Of a DNA stretch of 64,000 bases, positions 56,103 to 64,000 are shown in pieces. Under the pieces are notes generated by a model, which saw only the letters and a list, made by a program, of their open reading frames with translations, was not told the origin of the DNA and did not search any database. The stretch is from contig JBHLRJ010000003.1 in NCBI GenBank assembly GCA_048882645.1, positions 2,409-66,408 on the forward strand, given 5' to 3'. Source of the DNA: Candidatus Thorarchaeota archaeon (lineage in GTDB: Archaea; Asgardarchaeota; Lokiarchaeia; Sigyniarchaeales; SOKP01). Within the stretch, counting starts at the first letter, position 1. Each line of letters starts with the position of its first letter. The position numbers were made by a program, and so were the translations under genes.

Positions 56103-56417
56103 GTGCCAAAATGCCCATATTGTCAAGGAGAACTCAAATTAAACCTCGAAATAAACCCAACACCTATCAATGAAAAATTTAAAGATGATCTAATAAAAGC
56201 TTACGAGAGTTTCATAGAAATTCAAGCTGAGGTTGTCCCATTTGGAGGGAAGATGATGAAAAGTATGGCTAAATATAGTCTCAAATTTGTTGACCGATAT
56301 TTAGATCATATTGGAGCTATACCTCTAGTAATGCACTCTTGTTCGAATTGTAATGCTGTAATAACAACCGAATCCTTATTTGATTTGGTAGGCTCAAGAA
56401 GCTCAAGCTCATCATAA
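56103..56417 (+). CDS. zinc-ribbon protein (hypothetical)
   Basis: CPYC near the N-terminus and CSNC near the C-terminus; GTG start. Confidence 0.4.
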   Translation: MPKCPYCQGELKLNLEINPTPINEKFKDDLIKAYESFIEIQAEVVPFGGKMMKSMAKYSLKFVDRYLDHIGAIPLVMHSCSNCNAVITTESLFDLVGSRSSSSS

Positions 56418-56538
56418 AAAATAACACTTTGTTTTCTACAAAGTGGAATTAAGAATTTTTTTTTCATTATTTTATTTTCGTATTCAACTGTCATTTCTTA
56501 TAACAATTAGATTTTTTCTCAGATAAAACCAATTTTTT

Positions 56539-59500
56539 TTACATTGCATCTTTAAATATCTCATTAGACATTAAATTTCCCATTAATAAACTTTCAAATC
56601 CTATTCTAACCTCCAGATTTTTTAACGGTTTCACTAAAGCCCTGAGTTTTGGCATGTCATGCAAAAGATGGTTGGAAACTTGAATGAATTTTAGGTTTTT
56701 TAGATTTTTCATTGAACTAGGCAGAGTCTCTATTTTGGTTTCTGCCATACGCAAGTATGCAAGACTGGTTAAATTCCCTATGGATTCAGGAAGCGTTTTA
56801 AGTGGACATGCTTCAATAGATAATTGATTAAGATGTATTAAATTTCCAATGGTATCTGGAAGAGATGTCAAGGGATTCCAGCTTAAACTTAAATTTTCAA
56901 GAGATTTTAAGTTCCCTATTGAATTAGGAAGCTGAGTTATCTGGTTTATACTGTTAATGTAGAGCTTTTTCAGTGAAGTTAAATTGCCTATAGAATTTGG
57001 AAGTGCCGTTAAATGATTATAATTTATTTCTAATTGTTCTAGAGATGTTAGTTCCCCTATTGAATCAGGTAATGAAGTGATCCCAGCATAAGCTAAACCG
57101 ATAGCTTCCAAATTTTTAAAAATTCCTATCTCTTCTGGAAGAGTCTGAAAATTGTTATGATTCAAGCATAATCTGATTATCAATGGGAAATCCAAGATTA
57201 TATCAAAAATCTTTCTCACTTGCTCATCTTTTAATTTACAATATGCTCCACTAAAAAATATTAACTGATCGTCTTTCAGTGAAAAGGATAATCTCTTTCC
57301 ACTCGTCAACGATTTTACATATTTATGGGACATATATGAAAAGGAATGGTGTGAAATATCCTCAATTTCTCTCAATCTAAGGATTTCTTTGGGAAATAAA
57401 TTCCAAAATTTCTCTCTGTCCAAATGTTTTAACTGATCTTTCTCCGCAAGGATTTCTCTCATTTTTTGTTTACCTTCATAATCCGTTTCTATAATAATTG
57501 GTATGGATGCTAGATCCTCGATTTCCTTTAAAAACTTTATATATCCTTCCCTATACTGCTTATTTTTAAATACAGGTAATATTTGTAAAACAGAGGAAGA
57601 AAAGTTTAAACTGGGGTTTTTGAATAACGGAATTAATCTACTTGGACCCATCTTCTTAAGCAATTCTGACCCAATAGCGTTTCGAAATGCAAACATGTCT
57701 TTTTCAGTAAGAATGGCTTCCAATCCCGCTTCAGGGATGTTAGAACATTTGCTAATCTCCTCAACAGTATCCCACTTTCTTCTATCTAAACCACTTTCTC
57801 CTTCGACTCTATACCATTTATAAAAGAATACAACATCTTCAACACTTGGCTCAGTAATATGGAGCTTTAGTACAAGGTTCCAAAATTGAGGTGAAGGAAG
57901 TCCTTCAAGGAAATTATTCTCCAAAAATGTTAAAAAATGCTGGATTTTTTGAGGACTTAGTTTTCCTTTAAGATTTCGTAAAAATATACACAGATTTTCT
58001 ATATAAAAAGGATACCAATCCATAAATGGCACATTTGAAGCAAACTTATTTTTCGTGTGATCATATTCTATCTTATTTGCGATTGCCGTAAATGCGTTCT
58101 TCATTGTAAGAGTAAGGTTTATATTATTCGCGATAAATACACATTCTTCGGCAGTAAGATATTCGAATAACCTTAGAGCAAATATAATATCTAATAATTC
58201 AACATTGTACTGTCGCAAAATAGAAAAGACACCTTCCCCTAATTCAATTGCATGAAATTCCCCCACATATCTACATATCCCCATTGCATTTCCGAAAAGG
58301 GTTCTATTACCTTTCTCTCTAGAGAGCTGGTATACAATGTTTTCTACTAATATTTTTCCAGTATCTTCTGGAATTAATACATTAATTTCTTTAACATTGA
58401 GAATCTTTAAAGTTTCAATTTCAATTTTTTGGGAGATTTCCCGTTCATTCTTATCTTCTTCACTAAATTCTACTTCAATTATTAGTAGACTTTTGTCCGC
58501 AATTTCCTTTAACTCTGCTATACCTTGAGTTCTTAATAAGTCTATTCCTTTACGCGCTGGATTCCCAAAGTCGGCAAAAAATACCGAATAAGCTACAAGA
58601 TGAAGTTTGTAATTAAAAAGCTCAGAATCGTAAAATTTCAGTAAATTCTCTGCAACATTATATACAAATTCCTCATAGTTCTTTTCGCTCAAATGATTCT
58701 TTACTCGAATTCCCCCCTTTCTTTTGTATTCTTGATAATCTATACTCCGTCTATGCCATTTAGTAAATCTTATATAGGAGTAAAACACCAATGCTTCCAA
58801 AGAAAAGCTAAAGATATACTTGTCTTTATGTTCTAATCCTGAAATAAGGATATTGGTAATTCTTTCCCTGAAATCCAGATCATTCTGAATATAATAGTCA
58901 TTAAAACCCTGCTCTAAATAAAGATAAATAAGCGAGTAGATATCACTTCCCATGAAAATACCCTCAATCAATTTTGGATTCCGAAATTTTGCTAATTTTT
59001 TTACAGTTGTCATTACGGGAATAGCTTGTTCGTTTTTTTTCAAAAATTGAATTTTTCTCCCTTGGCTTCTTAATGCTTCTAAATATGCGAGGAATTCGTT
59101 ATGTAATAATTCTATAAAACTCTCTATTAGCCATTTACTTGGAGTTTCAAATAATGATTCTAATTCATATTCATTTAATAAAGGGACATAACCCTCCAAT
59201 ATAAGAAATTTGATTACAGTTGGATGTCTACTCTCGAGTCTTTTCGCAATCTCTTCCTTGAAAACAGCTCTGGCCACCGGGTCTCCTGCTTGTGTAAGTT
59301 CCTTCAGTAGCACAAATGCTAAATTTCTATGGAGTATTCTAGTATCGTAATTATTTTCTGCCCATGCCTGCATATTAGAACAATGTCCCCAAAATTCAGT
59401 TTCAGGAGGAATGTCATATGTGTATACATCTTGTCCCTCTAAAGAATGATCCAATGTTTCGGCAGCTTCATCGATAGAATCAATCTCTTCATAATCTTCT

Positions 59501-59628
59501 AACACCTCCGTTGGAATTTCTAAAAGTAAATATTTACATTGTCTGAAAAACTTTCCATTCACATAGATATTCGTCTCATATCCTTCTAATTTGAGGGTAA
59601 GATATTCATTAATCTTAAATTCCGCCAT
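56539..59628 (-). CDS. large protein (~1029 aa) with a C-terminal LRR domain
   Basis: C-terminal ~200 aa has regular LxxLxxLxLxxNxLxxLPxSIGNL repeats; the N-terminal ~800 aa is unrecognised. ATG at 59628 is preferred over GTG at 59637. Confidence 0.75.
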   Translation of the reverse strand: MAEFKINEYLTLKLEGYETNIYVNGKFFRQCKYLLLEIPTEVLEDYEEIDSIDEAAETLDHSLEGQDVYTYDIPPETEFWGHCSNMQAWAENNYDTRILHRNLAFVLLKELTQAGDPVARAVFKEEIAKRLESRHPTVIKFLILEGYVPLLNEYELESLFETPSKWLIESFIELLHNEFLAYLEALRSQGRKIQFLKKNEQAIPVMTTVKKLAKFRNPKLIEGIFMGSDIYSLIYLYLEQGFNDYYIQNDLDFRERITNILISGLEHKDKYIFSFSLEALVFYSYIRFTKWHRRSIDYQEYKRKGGIRVKNHLSEKNYEEFVYNVAENLLKFYDSELFNYKLHLVAYSVFFADFGNPARKGIDLLRTQGIAELKEIADKSLLIIEVEFSEEDKNEREISQKIEIETLKILNVKEINVLIPEDTGKILVENIVYQLSREKGNRTLFGNAMGICRYVGEFHAIELGEGVFSILRQYNVELLDIIFALRLFEYLTAEECVFIANNINLTLTMKNAFTAIANKIEYDHTKNKFASNVPFMDWYPFYIENLCIFLRNLKGKLSPQKIQHFLTFLENNFLEGLPSPQFWNLVLKLHITEPSVEDVVFFYKWYRVEGESGLDRRKWDTVEEISKCSNIPEAGLEAILTEKDMFAFRNAIGSELLKKMGPSRLIPLFKNPSLNFSSSVLQILPVFKNKQYREGYIKFLKEIEDLASIPIIIETDYEGKQKMREILAEKDQLKHLDREKFWNLFPKEILRLREIEDISHHSFSYMSHKYVKSLTSGKRLSFSLKDDQLIFFSGAYCKLKDEQVRKIFDIILDFPLIIRLCLNHNNFQTLPEEIGIFKNLEAIGLAYAGITSLPDSIGELTSLEQLEINYNHLTALPNSIGNLTSLKKLYINSINQITQLPNSIGNLKSLENLSLSWNPLTSLPDTIGNLIHLNQLSIEACPLKTLPESIGNLTSLAYLRMAETKIETLPSSMKNLKNLKFIQVSNHLLHDMPKLRALVKPLKNLEVRIGFESLLMGNLMSNEIFKDAM

Positions 59629-59866
59629 TAAGAACACTCGTGATTATAGTCAAAAAATAATTTTTGCCTTTATTATAAAAACACAAGATATATCGTTTAA
59701 AAACTTTTATCCCCTCTGTTCCTTACCTTGTTTACAAGATGATTAATTTCAGGTTTCTAATTGTTGAATTTTTATTGGTATGCATGATCTCTTTTAAAGG
59801 AATAAACTTTTAAAAATAAATGGAATCTTAATAACATAAGACAAGACTTTTATAGGAAGAATATCC

Positions 59867-59950
59867 ATGACTAAATGTGCCTTCTGTGGTGAAAATGTAG
59901 GCTTTTTACCTTTCAAGTGCCGTTATTGCGGGAAAAATTTTTGTGCTTAA
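59867..59950 (+). CDS. 27-aa ORF encoding the first five Cys ligands of an AN1-type zinc finger, ending at an in-frame TAA
   Basis: Own translation: MTKCAFCGENVGFLPFKCRYCGKNFCA*. Same frame as 59957-62278. Confidence 0.5.
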   Translation: MTKCAFCGENVGFLPFKCRYCGKNFCA

Positions 59951-59956
59951 CATAGA

Positions 59957-62278
59957 ATGCCCGAAAATCATGATTGTTCCCAGGATTTAGCACTTGAAAA
60001 AATAAAAGATGAGGTAATTAAGAAAGTTTTAGATGAAGAAGATTTTCCGGAATTAATTAAAGGAGTAAAATTAGTGGAAAAAACAGTCAGCTTTCAAGGT
60101 ACTTTCTCAGGAGAGACTTTAATGTTAAAGGTGATAAAGGGGCATTCCTATGAAATACATTACCACATTAATCGACCATATTTTCAAAAGTTTGGTATTT
60201 TGATAAGTGATGAGAAAGTTTCGATGCAAGGAACAAGTCCAGTCTCTCAAGATGGTAAATTTTTATATAGTGCTTTAAGCACGGGAATGATAGGGGTTAA
60301 TACAAGGTACTTAGCTTCCCTTAATGATTTTCCACAGTTATTTGTGGATATTATCATATACGATCTAGGATCAAAAACAGAACTTACAGATAGATTTAAG
60401 AATATTCCAATTATACCGGAAGAAAAGCAAATTATCATTGAATTAGAGAGTTATCTAAATGAAACAATCCCAGTTGTTGAGAAATTGGGAGAAAATACGT
60501 TTGGAATTATAATTAAAAATAACCATGTAAAACATATAGATTTACACAGTAAGGGTTTGGAAGAGATACCTAGTTCAATTTGGGAATTAAAACAATTGAA
60601 AACACTTGATTTAAGTTCTAATCGTTTTAAATCTTTACCAGAGATTCCTAAATGGCATGATTCACTTCAAGAACTAAACTTAAGTCATAATCTATATCTA
60701 CAAGAGTTACCTAAAACAATAGATTCTTTAAAAGCACTCAAAAAATTAAATTTGAGTCATCGTAAATCTTTAAGTAGATTACCTTTAAAATTCAAGGATA
60801 TAGGCAAACCTTTTGGGTTAGACAGTGTGGATTTGAGCCACTGTAATATCTCTATAATCGTCGATTTAGAAAACTCGACAAATATTTTTACCAAATCACT
60901 AGATTTTAGAGGTAATCCAATTAGCCTTAAAGAAAGAAAAAGAATTTACCAATGGGACTTTCCAAAGTTATTCATTGAACCAATCTTATTTTTTATAGAA
61001 AAAGAGAGCAAATTGATTGAAGATACTCCAGTTGCTACATTACGAGATATCATTAAAAATGATCTTGAGGAGGATAATAGAGTTGTTGCTCTTTATATTA
61101 TTATCAATAATTATTTCAGTGAAGAGATACCACTCATTAGAGATATAATTATACAAGACGAATCAACATTAGTAATTACAACTATGTTTAAACTGCTGAA
61201 GAAAATTAATAATAAGAAAAGTGATGTCCTCATAGAGGAGATCCTTATGAGATATTCAAGAGTGTATCATATTAGTGAAGATGAGGTTCAATTCTTCATT
61301 GATTTAGAGGCAGAGTTAGTTGAGGAAGGGGATTATGAAATTATAAAAATTGGACATTATACGGATTATATATATTACGGACCTCTTCAGCCCTCAATTC
61401 AGGATCTAGGGATTGAATATGATCAAATCATGGAGTATTTTGGAAACTCAGACATTTTTAGGAATCTTTTTTGGGTTGATGATGGAAATGTAAAACTTCT
61501 TGTCGTTGGAGGATTTTTAAATAAATTTCTGCCTGATTCAATTGGACATCTTAAAAATTTAGAATTTCTTGACTTGAGGGGAAGTAGGGTAAAGTTTTTA
61601 CCTAAATCCTTTAAAAATTTGAAAAAGCTTCGAAAATTTTTTGTTGATTGCGGTTTTGACTTCCAAAATTTAGATGAGACGGTAAAAAAATCCATTTTAA
61701 ACAATATTTCCCATAAATTCCATCAACTTGGTATTAGTGATGAGGAAACAAAAGCGTTGGCGTGTTTTGAAATAATTTATGGCCAATTCCTTCAAGTTGA
61801 CCAGATAAATGAAGAATATGCAAATGAATTCGTGTTAAATGATCATAATCAAGTTATTGCTATTAGTATATTTGGTGATATTGAGGATCCTTCTTTAACC
61901 ATCGACAGAAAGATCCCCGATGAAATAATTCTATTCAAGAATCTTGAAGAATTTTTGGTCAACTACAGCATAGTTGAAATTCCAGATTCAATAGGAACTC
62001 TAAAGAATTTAAAGAAGTTGAATCTTGTAGGAAATAAAATTAAATTGCTTCCATATTCACTGAATTCTTTAAAAAATCTTGAAGAATTATATCTTAGTTC
62101 AAATAAACTTAAAACAGTACCAAACAAATTCACGAATCTCCAAAACCTGAAGCGCTTAGAGATAAGCTATAACAAATTGAAATCTGTCCCAGATTTTATA
62201 TTAAGCCTCAAGAAGCTCGAGATTCTTGATCTGAGTAATAATAGAATAGAAGAAATTCCCAATGAAATTATTTATTAG
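59957..62278 (+). CDS. large LRR protein (two LRR blocks); its N-terminus completes the AN1 zinc-finger motif
   Basis: Starts MPENHDC (the H-x5-H-x-C end of AN1, counting the H two codons upstream). Pre-LRR motif EEKQIIIELESYLNETIP. LRR blocks at ~residues 195-330 and ~520-773. Confidence 0.8.
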   Translation: MPENHDCSQDLALEKIKDEVIKKVLDEEDFPELIKGVKLVEKTVSFQGTFSGETLMLKVIKGHSYEIHYHINRPYFQKFGILISDEKVSMQGTSPVSQDGKFLYSALSTGMIGVNTRYLASLNDFPQLFVDIIIYDLGSKTELTDRFKNIPIIPEEKQIIIELESYLNETIPVVEKLGENTFGIIIKNNHVKHIDLHSKGLEEIPSSIWELKQLKTLDLSSNRFKSLPEIPKWHDSLQELNLSHNLYLQELPKTIDSLKALKKLNLSHRKSLSRLPLKFKDIGKPFGLDSVDLSHCNISIIVDLENSTNIFTKSLDFRGNPISLKERKRIYQWDFPKLFIEPILFFIEKESKLIEDTPVATLRDIIKNDLEEDNRVVALYIIINNYFSEEIPLIRDIIIQDESTLVITTMFKLLKKINNKKSDVLIEEILMRYSRVYHISEDEVQFFIDLEAELVEEGDYEIIKIGHYTDYIYYGPLQPSIQDLGIEYDQIMEYFGNSDIFRNLFWVDDGNVKLLVVGGFLNKFLPDSIGHLKNLEFLDLRGSRVKFLPKSFKNLKKLRKFFVDCGFDFQNLDETVKKSILNNISHKFHQLGISDEETKALACFEIIYGQFLQVDQINEEYANEFVLNDHNQVIAISIFGDIEDPSLTIDRKIPDEIILFKNLEEFLVNYSIVEIPDSIGTLKNLKKLNLVGNKIKLLPYSLNSLKNLEELYLSSNKLKTVPNKFTNLQNLKRLEISYNKLKSVPDFILSLKKLEILDLSNNRIEEIPNEIIY

Positions 62279-62358
62279 TTAAAACTATGAATAAATCCCA
62301 ATTGGAGTTTAAAACGAGAATACTTTTATCTTATACAAGTACAGTATTATATTTTTAA

Positions 62359-63216
62359 ATGATACAGAGATCTAAAATTACGACGTTTCGTAAGATATTA
62401 ATAATAATTACTCTTAATTATAACTTAATTCAATTAAATTGCTTTTCAAGTGATCTCAAAATTCTAGGTTGGATTGTACTTTTTAGTGTTTTAGGAAGTG
62501 TAGGTGCTATTTTAGCCGCGGCAAGTTTCATTTTATTAAATCAAAAATTCCAAAAGATATTAATATCCATATTGATTTCTTATGCAATTGGTATATTGCT
62601 CACAGCATCTCTTTTTGGATTAATACCTGAAGCAATAGAAGGTTCAGGTGGAGAACCCCATTTCATAATGTTATTTGTTTTAGGTGGTATATTATTTTTT
62701 TTTATCATTGAAAAAATAATTATATGGCGGAACTGTCAAAATGAAGGATGTGAAGTACACAGTGCTGCTGGACCTTTAGTTTTAGTAGGAGATGCATTTC
62801 ATAATTTTACTGATGGAGTTGTTATCGCAGCAGCATTTTTAACTAATTTTTCAATTGGTATTGTTGCGGGAATATCTGTTTTGATACATGAAATCCCTCA
62901 AGAAACTGGAGATTTTGGAATATTATTACATCAAGGATATTCAAGAAAGAAGGCATTGCTTTTTAATATTCTTTCTAGCTTATCAACAATTCCTGCCGCA
63001 ATTATTAGTTTTTACGTATTGGATATTTTTTCTGTATTTGTGCCGTATTTATTAGCCATTTCTGCAGCTAGTTTTATATATATTGCATTAACAGATTTAA
63101 CCCCAGAACTTCACCAAAAAGCTGATGCTAAACACAGTATTCGTCAAATTCTTTTAATTTTTGTGGGCATTTTGACAATGGCAATGGTTATTTTATCTGT
63201 TGGGCATCAACATTAA
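62359..63216 (+). CDS. ZIP family metal (zinc/iron) transporter
   Basis: HNFTDG and HEIPQETGDFGILL signature motifs; about 8 TM helices. Confidence 0.8.
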   Translation: MIQRSKITTFRKILIIITLNYNLIQLNCFSSDLKILGWIVLFSVLGSVGAILAAASFILLNQKFQKILISILISYAIGILLTASLFGLIPEAIEGSGGEPHFIMLFVLGGILFFFIIEKIIIWRNCQNEGCEVHSAAGPLVLVGDAFHNFTDGVVIAAAFLTNFSIGIVAGISVLIHEIPQETGDFGILLHQGYSRKKALLFNILSSLSTIPAAIISFYVLDIFSVFVPYLLAISAASFIYIALTDLTPELHQKADAKHSIRQILLIFVGILTMAMVILSVGHQH

Positions 63217-63244
63217 TGAGAAATACTTTATGAGGAATTAAAAT

Positions 63245-63670
63245 ATGCTAGATATTGATTATAAAATAGTGCGCTACCTAAATAAGAATAAGAAACGAAA
63301 AGTGGGAGAGATTGCTAGACATTTTATGTTAGCCCATTCTACAGTTGGAAGCTCGGTTAAAAGGTTGGAAGAAGAGGATCTAGTTATCTATAAAAGATAT
63401 CAATGGGTTGAACTCACCATAAAAGGTAATAGCATTGCAATTGAATTGTCTCGTCATGCCCATTTGCTTGAATTATTGCTTCATAAGGAATTAGGACTAA
63501 CAGTTGAACAAGCACATCAGGAAAGTGAGAAATTTAATTTACTATTTTCCTGTGATACGATAAATAAAATATGTGAAAAATACAATCATCCTAAAATTTG
63601 CCCATGTGGCGTTGAAATAAATAGTACTCCTAATTGCTTATGTGAAGAAGATTTAAAAGGGCATCTATAG
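63245..63670 (+). CDS. DtxR/MntR family metal-dependent transcription regulator
   Basis: HSTVGSSVKRLEEEDLV...ELTIKGNSIAIELSRHAHLLELLL pattern. Follows the ZIP gene by 28 bp. Confidence 0.7.
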   Translation: MLDIDYKIVRYLNKNKKRKVGEIARHFMLAHSTVGSSVKRLEEEDLVIYKRYQWVELTIKGNSIAIELSRHAHLLELLLHKELGLTVEQAHQESEKFNLLFSCDTINKICEKYNHPKICPCGVEINSTPNCLCEEDLKGHL

Positions 63671-64000
63671 GATTAAGAATTTAGTTATTTGAAGTCATAA
63701 AAATAATCATAATCTTCCAAGTTTTTACCCTCATGGTAATAAATAAGCCATTTCTTAAAAAAGGCTAATCGAGCCCCTTTTAAGAAATCCAACAGAACCT
63801 CCTGCTAATGTCGGTGTTATTTTACCAGCATTCCAGAAGGCTTTCCATCTATATAAATTACAATTAAAACTATAGTAAAGCATATTAGTATGGTGCATTA
63901 TATGAACCTAATATAGTACTTCCAGAATTTAGATAATAAAGAAAGGAAAAACTAATAAAAAAAAAAGATTTTAGAATATATTTTTTATTTTGTACGAATG

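Overview
This is an AT-rich (judged by eye; GC not computed), gene-dense archaeal segment with about 60 plausible protein genes on both strands. I found no rRNA, no CRISPR array and no recognisable transposase or integrase.

Archaeal markers are present: an archaeosortase-like protein next to a PGF-CTERM-like substrate, a geranylgeranyl reductase with a flavodoxin/ferredoxin partner, and TATA-type promoters. Alongside them is an unusual density of eukaryote-like signalling modules:
- five Ras/Rab/Arf-like small GTPase domains
- three TIR-like domains
- four LRR proteins
- one WD40 propeller and several TPR arrays
- longin/roadblock-like domains
- AN1-type and HIT-like zinc fingers, and a stand-alone BRCT

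This content suggests an Asgard (Lokiarchaeia-like) archaeon; that is inference, not a search result. Ordinary genes include an MFS transporter, two SDRs, a VOC protein, DUF362, a PaaI thioesterase, an ACT protein, two GNATs, an MBL hydrolase, and a ZIP transporter with a DtxR-type regulator.

The most interesting candidates are:
1. A minus-strand cluster at 8282-15070, bracketed by two paralogous small GTPases with Cys-rich tails. It encodes a membrane-anchored WD40 protein, a nicotinamidase-fold protein lacking the catalytic Cys/Lys, and an ARPP-1/DUF6569-like zinc-ribbon protein. It faces a NADAR gene. This may be an undescribed NAD/ADP-ribose-linked module.
2. A Ras-like GTPase-LRR-TIR gene (24325-26490) split by a single in-frame TAA and flanked by two copies of a ~200-bp cassette encoding a 28-aa peptide.
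3. A second in-frame TAA (59948-59950) inside a perfect AN1 zinc-finger motif at the head of a large LRR protein.
4. A histidine kinase, a response regulator with a longin-like output domain, and an Arf-like GTPase (31989-35249), bracketed by paralogous membrane-protein genes.
5. A TIR-TPR giant, a BRCT/radical-SAM-SPASM gene pair, and a 5'-truncated tRNA-Pro-like fragment.

All family assignments are motif-level recognition from memory and need HMM or structure confirmation.
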